From a phage: a stretch of 64,000 nucleotides of DNA. A model generated the notes under the pieces. That model was not told the origin of the DNA. It ran no database searches and saw only the letters and a program-made list of their open reading frames with translations. Below are positions 34,868-45,755 of this stretch, piece by piece. Every line of letters begins with the position of its first letter. The first letter of the stretch is position 1. The position numbers and the translations under genes were made by a program. The stretch lies in the NCBI GenBank assembly GCA_019326865.1, contig GCA_019326865.1_4101.1. One strand, written 5' to 3'.

Positions 34868-35411
34868 GGTTTATATGTTAGATGAAAAAATGAACGCTGG
34901 AACTCAATATAATCATCTTAAGTTGGATACATTTGAATCAGCTATCAGTACTGCACAAGATATTATCGATATTATTAAGTACATTAAAGAAAATAAGTTA
35001 AAATGTGTGAAAACACCCGAACGTACAATGTATAAAGATGACTGTATTCACGTATCTGTTGTTAATCCAAAAGATAAGGATGGTAATAGAGATTTCTATA
35101 ATAACAGTGAGCAGTTCGAATGTGAATATGATCCAGAATTCAGAGGCGGTTTCATGTGTTACAGTATGAAGGATACCTCACACATTGAGATACGTTCATC
35201 TAAAGGTGGCATACGTACATTAGAGTTCATTGATATAGTTTTAAATCAGGAATACTACTTTCAACTATCATTATTGTTTCCTGCATACGATTTAGGAGTT
35301 CTATTCATGTATAAGTACTTTTATGAGCACTTGAATGAAGACTTCTATCTGGACTTAGAAGATTACCAATTAGTTTGGGAAGAAATGGTAGAACTTCGCA
35401 ACCACCCTTGA
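34857..35411 (+). CDS. family B paralog, hypothetical
   Basis: famB NQEYYFQLSLLFPA. Confidence 0.55.
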   Translation: MNYEVYMLDEKMNAGTQYNHLKLDTFESAISTAQDIIDIIKYIKENKLKCVKTPERTMYKDDCIHVSVVNPKDKDGNRDFYNNSEQFECEYDPEFRGGFMCYSMKDTSHIEIRSSKGGIRTLEFIDIVLNQEYYFQLSLLFPAYDLGVLFMYKYFYEHLNEDFYLDLEDYQLVWEEMVELRNHP

Positions 35412-35470
35412 CACCCACCGATTCTTTGTGATATAATCCCTTTATATTAATTTTAAAGGGTTATAACACA

Positions 35471-35947
35471 ATGTCAAACGAACTCACATTCACCAATGCA
35501 CAAAAGATAGCAAAAGACATTATCAGGGTTTATAAATTCCTTGCGAATGTTACTGAAGATTTTTTAATTGATAAAAATAAAGTTATTAAGCGAAATGGAT
35601 ACCTTTCCTTTATGGATGGGTTGCTCTATAGTTCAGATGAGTCAGCTTGTAGTATTAGAGTACTTGATACTGTACCAAGTGGTGATTTTATTTCATACCA
35701 TTTTCCAAGTTCAGATAAGTTCAAATACTACAATAGTATTCTCATAGCAGAAGACTTTGATACGATTGTAATTAACACTGAAGAAGAGTTCTTCCAGTAC
35801 AGTACTGTGTACCCAGAGAGGATTGTTTTCAGTTCAGTGATTTACACTACCCTTAAAAATGAACTAAATTCCGATAGTGATCATTTCTACTTGGACCTGA
35901 ATAATATCGATTGTATTATTGAGTACATGGAGAAAAATGGTTTATGA
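35471..35947 (+). CDS. family B paralog, hypothetical
   Basis: famB TEEEFFQYSTVYPE. Confidence 0.6.
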   Translation: MSNELTFTNAQKIAKDIIRVYKFLANVTEDFLIDKNKVIKRNGYLSFMDGLLYSSDESACSIRVLDTVPSGDFISYHFPSSDKFKYYNSILIAEDFDTIVINTEEEFFQYSTVYPERIVFSSVIYTTLKNELNSDSDHFYLDLNNIDCIIEYMEKNGL

Positions 35948-36447
35948 TTACTACAGAATATGATTACAATAGTGTCCTTGAATTTGCAGAAAATATATAT
36001 CGTATTGCAAAGGAGTTCAGAAGTCCTGAGCCGTTTGGTGGTATGTTCGAATACGATGAGTTTAGTTCATCAAAAGGAAGACTTGCATTTACTAATGGTA
36101 GAGGTAATCAAATCTACACAGAGTACTTTGATGACAATGACTTTCATCACAAAGCCGAATACATTTCATATTGCCCTGGGTCTGATTTGAAGATTCATAT
36201 TGAAAGAGATATAGAAAATGTATTTGTTCCATATACTGATTTAGTCTTCATGTCAGAGGAAATGTACTTTCAGGAATCATTGATTCATGATACAAAAGTA
36301 CTTAATACTATATTATTATATGGTACACTACTTAATCATTACAAATACAATCAAAGATTCTTTTTAGATTTAGTAGTATACCATCAATGTGTGGATTATT
36401 TGAATGCAAAATCAGACAACAATTCAGTACATGACCGATGGTTCTGA
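35944..36447 (+). CDS. family B paralog, hypothetical
   Basis: famB SEEMYFQESLIHDT; ATGA-coupled. Confidence 0.6.
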   Translation: MITTEYDYNSVLEFAENIYRIAKEFRSPEPFGGMFEYDEFSSSKGRLAFTNGRGNQIYTEYFDDNDFHHKAEYISYCPGSDLKIHIERDIENVFVPYTDLVFMSEEMYFQESLIHDTKVLNTILLYGTLLNHYKYNQRFFLDLVVYHQCVDYLNAKSDNNSVHDRWF

Positions 36448-36766
36448 ATACTTTGTTTCAAGATATGTAATAAATCACAACCATTATGTAACCTATATTC
36501 CAGAGTACAATCAATTTTATATCCAGATTTATCAACATAATGGAAAGAGAAATGATATATATTCAGAAATAAAAATCCCTGATTATAGTTCTTTATCAGA
36601 AGAGGAATTGTTTCAGGAGAGCACTATCAGTACTGAAGATGTGTACGAAATAATGGAGTACCAGAAGGTACTTAAACATTTTCATGAAACAAATGATATA
36701 CAAATAGATATTGTTAAACCGTGGTGTTACAATACATATGAGGTAAATTATGTTAGAAATGATTAA
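36431..36766 (+). CDS. family B paralog, hypothetical
   Basis: famB SEEELFQESTISTED; start moved from track 36404 to ATG 36431. Confidence 0.55.
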   Translation: MTDGSEYFVSRYVINHNHYVTYIPEYNQFYIQIYQHNGKRNDIYSEIKIPDYSSLSEEELFQESTISTEDVYEIMEYQKVLKHFHETNDIQIDIVKPWCYNTYEVNYVRND

Positions 36767-37163
36767 AATTATGCAACGCTGTCTTATTGACAAATACGGG
36801 ATATATGGATATCGTTTAAGTGCTCCTATTGACAAAAATAAAACAACCTATGTAAGTTATAATGCTGTACAAGGGTTTGATATATTCATTAGTACTAATT
36901 ATCAAATCAAACAAGCTAAAGATGTGTCTATAATGACCCCTGATGAGTTATTTCAGTACAGCTTAGTTCTTCCTACATGTATCGATTTACAACGTCTAGG
37001 AGCGATACAGAAGGTTTTACGCGAACATAAAGTACAACCCAATAAAGTCACGCACATTCCAGAAACAATCTTCAAAACTATAGAAGTAGAAACCCCTGAT
37101 TATATGTTAAGTGATGATGAATTCTACGAGAAGCACTTCCCTGGTAAAGTTTGGAGAGACTAA
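36750..37163 (+). CDS. family B paralog, hypothetical
   Basis: famB TPDELFQYSLVLPT. Confidence 0.55.
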   Translation: MLEMIKIMQRCLIDKYGIYGYRLSAPIDKNKTTYVSYNAVQGFDIFISTNYQIKQAKDVSIMTPDELFQYSLVLPTCIDLQRLGAIQKVLREHKVQPNKVTHIPETIFKTIEVETPDYMLSDDEFYEKHFPGKVWRD

Positions 37164-37645
37164 TGAACCGAAAGTACAGAGAAACTATGAAGTTCGCTAA
37201 GGAGTGTTTAGAGACATTTGATTTCATTTTCGATAACAAAGACTCACTTGGTCATTACTTCGTAATTACAAAAAAAGAAGATGAGAGATACAAGTGTCAA
37301 AGATTAGGATACAGTATTGAGTTATCCTTAATGAGTGATGGTATGATAAACTCCATATATGAATCTGGTAAGACAGATTACATTTCATTTAGATCATGGA
37401 GTGATAATATAATGTTCTTGAGTCCTAATGGAAGTAAATATCCATTCATTAATGATTTATCAGAAGAAAGTTACTTTCAAAACAGTTTAATTTATACAGA
37501 AAAAGAACTCAAAATGTTATTCATAATGTCGTACTTTAAAAAGTACTGTAAATTTAAATCATTATCTTTTGAGATTTCTGCGATGAAAGTATTCATTAAA
37601 AATGTAAAAGAATTAAAGAGGGCTTTTAATGTACATAGAAAATGA
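37151..37645 (+). CDS. family B paralog, hypothetical
   Basis: famB SEESYFQNSLIYTEKE...SYFKK. Confidence 0.6.
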   Translation: MERLMNRKYRETMKFAKECLETFDFIFDNKDSLGHYFVITKKEDERYKCQRLGYSIELSLMSDGMINSIYESGKTDYISFRSWSDNIMFLSPNGSKYPFINDLSEESYFQNSLIYTEKELKMLFIMSYFKKYCKFKSLSFEISAMKVFIKNVKELKRAFNVHRK

Positions 37646-38171
37646 GAATGTAAAATGCATCACTGACATTTGTATAAAATTAATGAAAATTTTCATTAAC
37701 CCAAAATACAAGACTCGTTCTTTACGTCATAATATTGATGAGCATTGTACCATTAATATCCTAGGTAGTATTCTTGATGTAAAATATGATGGTAAACTGT
37801 TATTCGGTATAAGAGAAGAGAAAATGGATGATGCATTCTTTTCTTGTAAAGATAAATTTGAACCTTCTGATTATAAAGTAATTATTCGTGATGATAGCAT
37901 CTATATTAGTAGTGATTATTCAAATTACTTCGATAAAATATACACTGAAAACGTTGATTACCATTATGAAATGCTAGATTTACCAGTAACAGACATTGAT
38001 ATGGAGAGAATCAAATTTTCATTATCAGATAATGAGTACTTAGGTATACAAACATATTATTCACTACAAGGAAAGATTCCACCTGCTATGTATATAAGGA
38101 TTGAGATTGGTAATGTATTCAATGATAAGGTTATATCAATTGCTGATAAAATATTGAGGGTTGAATTATGA
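37629..38171 (+). CDS. hypothetical protein (180 aa)
   Basis: ORF track; no clear family motif. Confidence 0.5.
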   Translation: MYIENENVKCITDICIKLMKIFINPKYKTRSLRHNIDEHCTINILGSILDVKYDGKLLFGIREEKMDDAFFSCKDKFEPSDYKVIIRDDSIYISSDYSNYFDKIYTENVDYHYEMLDLPVTDIDMERIKFSLSDNEYLGIQTYYSLQGKIPPAMYIRIEIGNVFNDKVISIADKILRVEL

Positions 38172-38731
38172 ATGGCCATGATTACCAATTCCATAGACTA
38201 GAATTTAGACACTGTGTTGCATATGCAAAAACATTAATGTGCATCATTGACACTCTTTCATCCGAACAATTTCGTAAGGATAATGATTTATTGCTGAAAA
38301 AAGGTCGTATAACATCATCCGATATCGGTATTGAACTATTTGTTGAAATCAGTGTTGATACCGGAGACAGTACAAGGGCTGGTTGTATAGGTCATATTGG
38401 CACACATTGTTTCACATGGAATCCAAATACAAGTCAAGTTAGAATTGATTATAGAAATTCACGTTGGGTTGATCTTAGTACTGAATCAGATTTAGAATCA
38501 GTTATGTTCCAGCTAAGTTTAATTCACGATCCTAATGAACTTCTTTATATTATTACTTTCAGTTATCTGTTACAAAACTACGATAGTCCATCAGGGTTTT
38601 TCATAGAATCAGATATAGATGAAATTATGGAAGAGATTCCTAGTTTAAAGAATATTCTGGAAGAAAAAGATTTCTATAAGGACTTCAGAGATTTATACGA
38701 CATGCACTTGGAGTTATTTAAGAATGGATAA
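38168..38731 (+). CDS. family B paralog, hypothetical
   Basis: famB LESVMFQLSLIHDPNE; ATGA-coupled. Confidence 0.55.
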   Translation: MNGHDYQFHRLEFRHCVAYAKTLMCIIDTLSSEQFRKDNDLLLKKGRITSSDIGIELFVEISVDTGDSTRAGCIGHIGTHCFTWNPNTSQVRIDYRNSRWVDLSTESDLESVMFQLSLIHDPNELLYIITFSYLLQNYDSPSGFFIESDIDEIMEEIPSLKNILEEKDFYKDFRDLYDMHLELFKNG

Positions 38732-39242
38732 AGATGATATTCTAATTAGACTAGTTCAGAGTTTGATAAAGTTCGCAAATAATGATATCAATACATACAA
38801 AGTAGGTGATATTGAATTCAAATCATTTGGTATGTACGGTGATGACGAAACATATTATGCTTCAATGAAATTTCAAGAATTTCACGAGATGTTAATATCG
38901 TTATCATACGAAGATGTTGACCCAAGATGGAGTTCCAGTATTTCACTATCGAGAATGGTAATTCGTAGTAAGCATCGTTACATTTCGTCAAAGAATACTC
39001 CTAACTTGATTAATATTGTGTTGAATGAAAATACAAACCCCCTATCTAAATATGATATCGTACCTTTAACCGATGAAGCAATTTTTCAATTGAGTACCAT
39101 TTGTGATGAAGATGTGATATCATGTATGAAAATTTATGAGAAAGTTGGGGGTGATATTCCCATGAACTATTACCTAACTATAGATGAAACGTATCTCCAA
39201 GATGATGTTCTGGCGTACATTGACAGTGTTTTACCAAAATAA
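38724..39242 (+). CDS. family B paralog, hypothetical
   Basis: famB TDEAIFQLSTICDED; followed by terminator. Confidence 0.55.
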   Translation: MDKDDILIRLVQSLIKFANNDINTYKVGDIEFKSFGMYGDDETYYASMKFQEFHEMLISLSYEDVDPRWSSSISLSRMVIRSKHRYISSKNTPNLINIVLNENTNPLSKYDIVPLTDEAIFQLSTICDEDVISCMKIYEKVGGDIPMNYYLTIDETYLQDDVLAYIDSVLPK

Positions 39243-39266
39243 AGACCCGTTATGGGTCTTTTTGTG
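39243..39266 (+). terminator. rho-independent terminator
   Basis: GACCC-GTTAT-GGGTC followed by TTTTTG. Confidence 0.6.
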
Positions 39267-39274
39267 TTTATGGC

Positions 39275-39303
39275 TTTACAAGAGCATTCAGGTGTGTTAT
39301 ACT
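39275..39303 (+). promoter_or_regulatory. sigma70-like promoter
   Basis: TTTACA-17nt-TATACT; SD GGAGGAAT before ATG 39319. Confidence 0.5.
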
Positions 39304-39318
39304 TGATTTCAAATAGAG

Positions 39319-39894
39319 TTGGAGGAATCTATGAGTACTGAATTAATTAAAGAAGTTACCTTACTTCTGAAGCATTGTTTTAAGTTCATTCCTGATACTG
39401 GTTCACGCCAGTACATTAAAGTTAATGAGAAATATAACATCAATATCCTTGTATCTGAAACTGCGAGCAGCTATGCTAACATTGAGTTGGATTCTGAAGA
39501 AAAATATACAGTATTACAAATCATAGCAGATGTACAACGTAAACAAGATTATCGTTCTTCATTTGACAACGATTATCTGTGTGTTTGCTCAAACTTCAGT
39601 GAGAATAAAATTGTGTATAAGAATTTATACACACATGAAGTGATTGATACATATAATTATAAAATTTCATCTGATGAATACAATGTGCTAATGTTCAACG
39701 CAAACCTTTTGTATGATGCCAGTACTGTACGCTGTTTAGAGTTAGCATATAAAATTCCAAAGATCATGGAAAGAAAAGATTTGATTCACTTTAAAACTAT
39801 TTTAAAATACAGTACAAAAGAATTAGAAGATTTAGTACAGGCTCTTAAGAATTTCATTAATGAACATGTACCTGTTAAATTAGAGGACTTATAA
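39319..39894 (+). CDS. hypothetical protein (191 aa), possible degenerate family B
   Basis: ORF track; degenerate SDEYNVLMFNANLLYD. Confidence 0.5.
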   Translation: MEESMSTELIKEVTLLLKHCFKFIPDTGSRQYIKVNEKYNINILVSETASSYANIELDSEEKYTVLQIIADVQRKQDYRSSFDNDYLCVCSNFSENKIVYKNLYTHEVIDTYNYKISSDEYNVLMFNANLLYDASTVRCLELAYKIPKIMERKDLIHFKTILKYSTKELEDLVQALKNFINEHVPVKLEDL

Positions 39895-40478
39895 TGCAAG
39901 TTGAACACATTCAAATTATGAAATTGATGCATGACATTGCGGAACTATCTGATAAGTACGATATTACTGTTCATGAGCCTATTGGAAATTATCGACTTAA
40001 AATTGAAAACAAATCACCACATCGTTTTGGTTCTGTAACTCTTGAATATTATAAAGTTTACGGTTATGAAACGGCAAAAAAAGGTTTCTGGGATACTATG
40101 GCAATGTATATCCGTACATCAAGACGTAGAGAACAAATCGGTTCAATCACGCCACATATGATATTTGTCAATGCTGTACACAGTGATATTAATCGAATTG
40201 TTGAATCTAATTTTGGTGACGTTGAGAACGATACATATTTAGAAATTCCACCAGAACTAGATCAATGTGAAGACATTCGTGAAGCATACATTTTCCAGAG
40301 ATCATTACTTGACAACTTCAATGAGTTTGAGTACTTGATGCTTTGCTATGAAACTGCAAAAGCTATTAAGACTGGTGAATTGGTAATGTATAATAATTTC
40401 ATTAACTGCAAATCCGATACACTTAAAGAGTTACACACTGCCATAAAAAACATCAAGGATACATATGAACGCTTATAG
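39894..40478 (+). CDS. family B paralog, hypothetical
   Basis: famB IREAYIFQRSLLDN. Confidence 0.55.
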   Translation: MQVEHIQIMKLMHDIAELSDKYDITVHEPIGNYRLKIENKSPHRFGSVTLEYYKVYGYETAKKGFWDTMAMYIRTSRRREQIGSITPHMIFVNAVHSDINRIVESNFGDVENDTYLEIPPELDQCEDIREAYIFQRSLLDNFNEFEYLMLCYETAKAIKTGELVMYNNFINCKSDTLKELHTAIKNIKDTYERL

Positions 40479-41043
40479 TTACATGACAGAACGTCATCAG
40501 ATATTATATGATATCAGTACTAAAATGTTATCAATTGTTAGTAGTGCGAAAGAAATTGAAAAACAATACCTCATCCGTGATGTAGCAATTTCATCTAAAT
40601 GTTGGTCCAATGAATATTACGATCATGGTATTCTTACTATTTCTGGGGCTAGAAATATTTGTATTGTAAAAAATAAGAAAAAATGCAATGAAGAGTGTGA
40701 GATTAGAACCGATATACAAATTAAGGATGATGGAAGTTTTTCACACCACCCATTCCATATTAGTACTGTTGGTGTTTTATATAATATTAAAGTACTATTC
40801 GGTGATGAAGAGTATGTGTTAAAAGCTATCAATCCAGAATCAAGTACAGTTGAAGAAGAACTGTTCCAGATGAGCACGGTTATACCTGAAGAGGTTCTTA
40901 GTACTGTTATTTTTTGTAGTTTAATTTATCATGAATACAAAAAGAACCAGTTCGATTTCCACATGTTAGGAACGTACATCTTCAATAATTTGAGCGTAGA
41001 TCGTTTAAAAGCATTAAATTCAGCGATGGATAAGGTTCTATAA
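40465..41043 (+). CDS. family B paralog, hypothetical
   Basis: famB VEEELFQMSTVIPEE. Confidence 0.6.
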   Translation: MNAYSYMTERHQILYDISTKMLSIVSSAKEIEKQYLIRDVAISSKCWSNEYYDHGILTISGARNICIVKNKKKCNEECEIRTDIQIKDDGSFSHHPFHISTVGVLYNIKVLFGDEEYVLKAINPESSTVEEELFQMSTVIPEEVLSTVIFCSLIYHEYKKNQFDFHMLGTYIFNNLSVDRLKALNSAMDKVL

Positions 41044-41471
41044 TGACAAGAGATGATTGTTTGTACATATGGGATGTAGTTGAAAATACACTTTCAAATC
41101 CAGAAAATTATAAAACACAAAAAAGACAGCGACACAAAACATGGATAGATTTGTTCGTTGAGGACATACATGCAGTGACTATTTGGGATTCACCGAGGGC
41201 ATCAGCATCTACTCTATTGGACAATGAATGCATTGATTGCATTAATTCCACTTTTCATCTACACGGTTCTACAATTTTTGGTACATTTCTGGATATTGAA
41301 AATAAAGATGATATTGATTCACTTGCGTTACAATATCAAGTACTGTATAATACTAAATTAATTTACGATTTAGTACTAGCTTCTTATGTGTATAAATTAA
41401 TGATGAAATATAATCACATTTCAGTATCAGTTTATACCAAGGATATTCTTTCATTAAGAGACAAAACATGA
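41043..41471 (+). CDS. hypothetical protein (142 aa)
   Basis: ORF track; motif degenerate. Confidence 0.5.
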   Translation: MTRDDCLYIWDVVENTLSNPENYKTQKRQRHKTWIDLFVEDIHAVTIWDSPRASASTLLDNECIDCINSTFHLHGSTIFGTFLDIENKDDIDSLALQYQVLYNTKLIYDLVLASYVYKLMMKYNHISVSVYTKDILSLRDKT

Positions 41472-41977
41472 GTTTATTAAATGCACGAGAATTAGTTGAG
41501 ATGTATGAGATCTTATCTTCATATAAAAATTCCCCAAAAGATGTAATTCTCAACAAAAAGTTCCATGTCAATGTTGATCATATGAAAAATATAGATATGA
41601 TTTCTTTAGTGGAAAGTAGTAAATCGGGTCTTGAGCGTGATATCATGCGTTTGATTTATATTACCAAACCATCATATACTAATGATAGTTCAATTAGTAA
41701 TGAGACATTTTTGTACACTCCTTATACTGATTGTACTTTAGTTTCAGTGTCTAATCAGAAACAAGATACTATCCAATTCATCAATACCAGTACTGATAAC
41801 ATTGAAGAAAATGAATTCCAAAACAATACATTAAGTTCATGTAGTAGTGTTATAACCTTTATGTCATATCTGTGGTCAATAAAATCAAATGCAATTGTAT
41901 ATAGTTCTAATTACACACAAGATAGTATTGTTGAATCATATAAAGCTCTGAAGGAATACTATGAAAATAACAAATGA
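41468..41977 (+). CDS. family B paralog, hypothetical
   Basis: famB IEENEFQNNTLSS; ATGA-coupled. Confidence 0.5.
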   Translation: MSLLNARELVEMYEILSSYKNSPKDVILNKKFHVNVDHMKNIDMISLVESSKSGLERDIMRLIYITKPSYTNDSSISNETFLYTPYTDCTLVSVSNQKQDTIQFINTSTDNIEENEFQNNTLSSCSSVITFMSYLWSIKSNAIVYSSNYTQDSIVESYKALKEYYENNK

Positions 41978-42542
41978 TTTTTTTAAATGTTTAGTACACC
42001 CTATGCTGAGTGTTATGAAAAAATTACAGAATCTACCGGAAGACAACGATTACAAGTTTAATCGTTTTGATTCAGATGTATTTTGTATTGAAATTGAAAT
42101 GAATAATAATCGTAATTTGCATTTAAAATTCAAAGAATCGTCAAGTCCGTATTACAACTTTGATATGAATTTTAAAATAGATACTGACATTGAAGAAAAC
42201 GTAATATCAAATCATACTAGCAAAAATGGTTTTAAGCATAGAACTACTATGTACAATAATAAAAATAGTATTATATCTAAATGGTTTCACCAATTCACCA
42301 AAATTGGTGAAATTGAATATAGTGATTTTGGTGAAGAGCAATACTTTCAGTTGAGTACAATTCATGAACTTCCACCATATGATTATGTTAAAACATGGTT
42401 TGATATTCATAATATAATTGATGATGCAATCAAACTTCCATTTGGGGTATCAATATCATATACTGCTCCTAAAACATTTGTTTTTACGGAAGATATGATT
42501 ATGAAAAAGATATGGGCAATTATCCCACTTATGATGGATTAA
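41961..42542 (+). CDS. family B paralog, hypothetical
   Basis: famB GEEQYFQLSTIHE. Confidence 0.6.
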   Translation: MKITNDFFKCLVHPMLSVMKKLQNLPEDNDYKFNRFDSDVFCIEIEMNNNRNLHLKFKESSSPYYNFDMNFKIDTDIEENVISNHTSKNGFKHRTTMYNNKNSIISKWFHQFTKIGEIEYSDFGEEQYFQLSTIHELPPYDYVKTWFDIHNIIDDAIKLPFGVSISYTAPKTFVFTEDMIMKKIWAIIPLMMD

Positions 42543-42546
42543 ATTT

Positions 42547-42575
42547 ATACCAGGGGTTGACTCTGGTATTTTTGT
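42547..42575 (+). terminator. rho-independent terminator (weak)
   Basis: ATACCAG-loop-CTGGTAT followed by TTTTT. Confidence 0.45.
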
Positions 42576-42603
42576 ATGATACATTATCCTAAAGGAGAAT
42601 TTT

Positions 42604-43155
42604 ATGAACTACAATCATGATCTTTTTACATTATGTGCATCAAAATGTGTTGATGGTTGGGCAGATAAAATCAATACCATAATTCATCGATATCTCGTCT
42701 TTAGTTCCCGTGCACGAAGTGAGGGGGCTATGGATTTCAAATATACACTATCTATTGATGGTGTAACTATCCATGCAGACGAAGAACGTCTGAGCATTAA
42801 TTTGTATGATTCCTGTGTATTTGCTATTCACCAAAAGATGGGGAAAGGATGGGGTTGTAATAACATTAACTCCAAAGCTATCTTTTGGGTTGGTCACCAT
42901 CAGACAGTACTTGATCCTTCAATTAAATCTAATCTTTTATCCGATAATATGGTTTATGATTTATTGTACTCCGAAGAACAACATTTTCAATTAAGTACAT
43001 TGCATGATCTGGCACAGTACGAGGATTGTTACAAAACATTAGAACTATGCCATTCCCTTGAACTCAAAGATAAATTGATACAAGTTTACCCTTCATTCTT
43101 TCATGAAGAAGTACAATGCACACTAGAACATATTTTATATGGGTACGACAAATGA
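42604..43155 (+). CDS. family B paralog, hypothetical
   Basis: famB SEEQHFQLSTLHD; SD AAGGAGAA. Confidence 0.6.
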   Translation: MNYNHDLFTLCASKCVDGWADKINTIIHRYLVFSSRARSEGAMDFKYTLSIDGVTIHADEERLSINLYDSCVFAIHQKMGKGWGCNNINSKAIFWVGHHQTVLDPSIKSNLLSDNMVYDLLYSEEQHFQLSTLHDLAQYEDCYKTLELCHSLELKDKLIQVYPSFFHEEVQCTLEHILYGYDK

Positions 43156-43754
43156 GAAAAAGTTATCAAAAAACTATTGACCTAATTAGAGAAGTTATTA
43201 AAGTGGCTCCTGGTGCGATAGCATTCAAGAAGTCCCTATATAAAAAGTATGGCTCCATGTCAAATATGTGTTGTCAAAAGAAACGTAGTAAATTCACTAC
43301 GCAGTACTGGCATGATTCTATTATTCTTAGTAATGAACATCATCGTATTTTAACAATCGAATCAGTAGATAATCAATATGGTGAAGGAATGATTTGTGTA
43401 CCTGATTATGATGAAATTAACTTCAACTGCGGTGATTTTGAAACAACATTATTACTTCACGAGGGTTATCCAGAAGGTGATGTATTAGCTGAGTACAATC
43501 CAAAAACTAAAATTCTCAAAAGAGGAATCCAGTTCACTATTAATAACAAAGATGATGTTGAAGCAGCACTAATGCAACTGAGTACAAGTGAACCTATTAC
43601 TATTAGTGTAGAAGAGTTATGGGGAATTATTTCAGTACTTAATGAGTGCTACAAAGTAAAATCATTACGTAATCACACCCTTATATTGCATACTAATATA
43701 GCACATATAAAATGTAAGCACATTCAAGAAATGGCGGTTCCAGATGGACTTTAA
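43152..43754 (+). CDS. family B-like paralog, hypothetical
   Basis: variant motif VEAALMQLSTSEP; start moved from track 43116 to ATGA-coupled ATG 43152. Confidence 0.5.
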   Translation: MRKSYQKTIDLIREVIKVAPGAIAFKKSLYKKYGSMSNMCCQKKRSKFTTQYWHDSIILSNEHHRILTIESVDNQYGEGMICVPDYDEINFNCGDFETTLLLHEGYPEGDVLAEYNPKTKILKRGIQFTINNKDDVEAALMQLSTSEPITISVEELWGIISVLNECYKVKSLRNHTLILHTNIAHIKCKHIQEMAVPDGL

Positions 43755-44337
43755 AGAAATTGAAAGTAAATTAAAGTACTTCAAAGATATCAAACTTCTT
43801 TGGGAAAAGTATAAAATTGATTACAAATTCAGTGATGATGAGACAATAAAATCCATTGATATTAATATCAAAATCAAGTTCAAGAATAATAATTATGGTG
43901 AAGTAAGCTTAAATCATACTGGTGTATCACTCAGGGACTATGATGGTTCAACACTCGCATATTTCGACTTCATTCCAGAACCAGGTGAAACACTACTTAG
44001 TGAGATAAATTCCTATGATATGGAAATATTCGGCGGGAATCCGTTACTGTTCCGACTGTCCGAAGAGTGGAGTGAAGAATACTACACTTACAAAGATGGT
44101 GTAGTACTTGACATTCATGGAGAAGTTGTGAATGACTTGGAAGAACGTTTGTTCCAAGAATTGTGTGTTTCAAATACTTCATATGCATACAATCATATCC
44201 TTGACATGTTTGATTTATATAGTAAAATAGATGCTGAAATGAATGCACATGGTATTCATTACCTTACAATTAACGACTATGCACAACTCGAAACCGCTGT
44301 GACAGCATTGTCTAAAGTACTGAAAATAGGAACGTAA
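43744..44337 (+). CDS. family B paralog, hypothetical
   Basis: famB LEERLFQELCVSN. Confidence 0.55.
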   Translation: MDFKEIESKLKYFKDIKLLWEKYKIDYKFSDDETIKSIDINIKIKFKNNNYGEVSLNHTGVSLRDYDGSTLAYFDFIPEPGETLLSEINSYDMEIFGGNPLLFRLSEEWSEEYYTYKDGVVLDIHGEVVNDLEERLFQELCVSNTSYAYNHILDMFDLYSKIDAEMNAHGIHYLTINDYAQLETAVTALSKVLKIGT

Positions 44338-44338
44338 T

Positions 44339-44752
44339 ATGAAACTGTACCATGCGAGTACTGTAAAAATTGATAACTTTTATATCCCGTATGGTGGTCT
44401 ACATATGGGAGGCAAACACAGTGCTTTGGAAGCTGCATTACGCAAGCTGAGAAGCCCACTGAACGTCGTAGACGCATGTACAGTATACTTGCATACCTTA
44501 GAAGTTGATGTTGATAACGTGCTTCTGTGTGAAGATTTAGGCAGTGATGATGAGTGGCGTTCACTTATTGAGAATTGCACTGTTCAAGGATATGATGCTG
44601 TTCAGTACAAAAATGATTACGAGCCAGACAATGTTCCTAGTTATATGATTTGGGATGCATCTAAAGTTCGTATAGTTGAAGTTGATGCTATGCATATGGA
44701 TGATGCTGAAATGATTATCGAAGATTTTCTTGATGAATATGAAGGTGTATAA
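44339..44752 (+). CDS. hypothetical protein (137 aa), unrelated to families A/B
   Basis: ORF track; no family motif; looks slightly GC-richer than neighbours by eye. Confidence 0.55.
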   Translation: MKLYHASTVKIDNFYIPYGGLHMGGKHSALEAALRKLRSPLNVVDACTVYLHTLEVDVDNVLLCEDLGSDDEWRSLIENCTVQGYDAVQYKNDYEPDNVPSYMIWDASKVRIVEVDAMHMDDAEMIIEDFLDEYEGV

Positions 44753-45288
44753 TGTCTGACCCGATGGTAGCACTGGCACGTACTAAATTACTATTAAAGA
44801 TTGGTGAGATATTCACAGATCTTCTGTGCAATAAAATTGATATTACCGATCTAGATATTAAGCAACCGTGGGAAGTGACTATGTTCTCGGCGTTCCACCG
44901 ATTGTCATATAAAGGTGAAAGTGTTCTTGATTTTAACCCCAAAGCAAAATTCATAGATTATGCCGCGTTGTACCGAGCGTTGCACAAAAATAGTTATTCA
45001 GGTTGTATAACCAATAACTTTGAACGAATTCAAGTTCAAACAGCATCACATGAGTTCAATGATTTACTCTATCCAGAATTTAATCTAACTGAAGAATTAC
45101 TATTTCAGTACTCGTTAATTCTTACAAATCTCGAAACGCTAGAGTACTACAAAGAGTTAGTAGATATTTTTATGAATACACGACTTTCAAAAGATATTGT
45201 GATATTCTGGTATACAGAGCATATTACAGAGGAATTGCTTAATGAATTTCTTCTAAATATGACAGCTATAAAGGAGAAGTTATGTTAG
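44752..45288 (+). CDS. family B paralog, hypothetical
   Basis: famB TEELLFQYSLILTN. Confidence 0.6.
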   Translation: MSDPMVALARTKLLLKIGEIFTDLLCNKIDITDLDIKQPWEVTMFSAFHRLSYKGESVLDFNPKAKFIDYAALYRALHKNSYSGCITNNFERIQVQTASHEFNDLLYPEFNLTEELLFQYSLILTNLETLEYYKELVDIFMNTRLSKDIVIFWYTEHITEELLNEFLLNMTAIKEKLC

Positions 45289-45755
45289 ATATTTTAGGAA
45301 ACATCGATACTGCAAATTATTTTATCCAAGACGCACTATTTAATACACTACAAAAAGGTTTAGAAGTTCGTTACAACGTATATCAAGGTGATGGATATTT
45401 TGTTGATATTCTAGAAACACGTAAAAATACATTTAATGTTAACATTACGACGTTTGGAAGACAGAACATTGCACGAATTTTAGTAAGTAAAGATGAAATA
45501 GTACTGAGATACAGTGCTAAGTTTATGTTGACGTACAAGAAAAAAACAGACATGTTCAGTACTAATTTATTTGATGAACCATTTGACCTTGTAGATATTG
45601 AAGCTACTTTCTTTACTCAAAGTACTATGGTAAAATACACTGATGTTCAATTTTCATCAGACGTTATGTCTGAAACATTACAAATGATCAAGGTATTATT
45701 TTATGCATTTGAGCAATTCAGAGAAGAAAGAAACAAGGTTAACAACCACAGATGA
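45282..45755 (+). CDS. hypothetical protein (157 aa), possible degenerate family B
   Basis: ORF track; degenerate IEATFFTQSTMVKY. Confidence 0.5.
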   Translation: MLDILGNIDTANYFIQDALFNTLQKGLEVRYNVYQGDGYFVDILETRKNTFNVNITTFGRQNIARILVSKDEIVLRYSAKFMLTYKKKTDMFSTNLFDEPFDLVDIEATFFTQSTMVKYTDVQFSSDVMSETLQMIKVLFYAFEQFREERNKVNNHR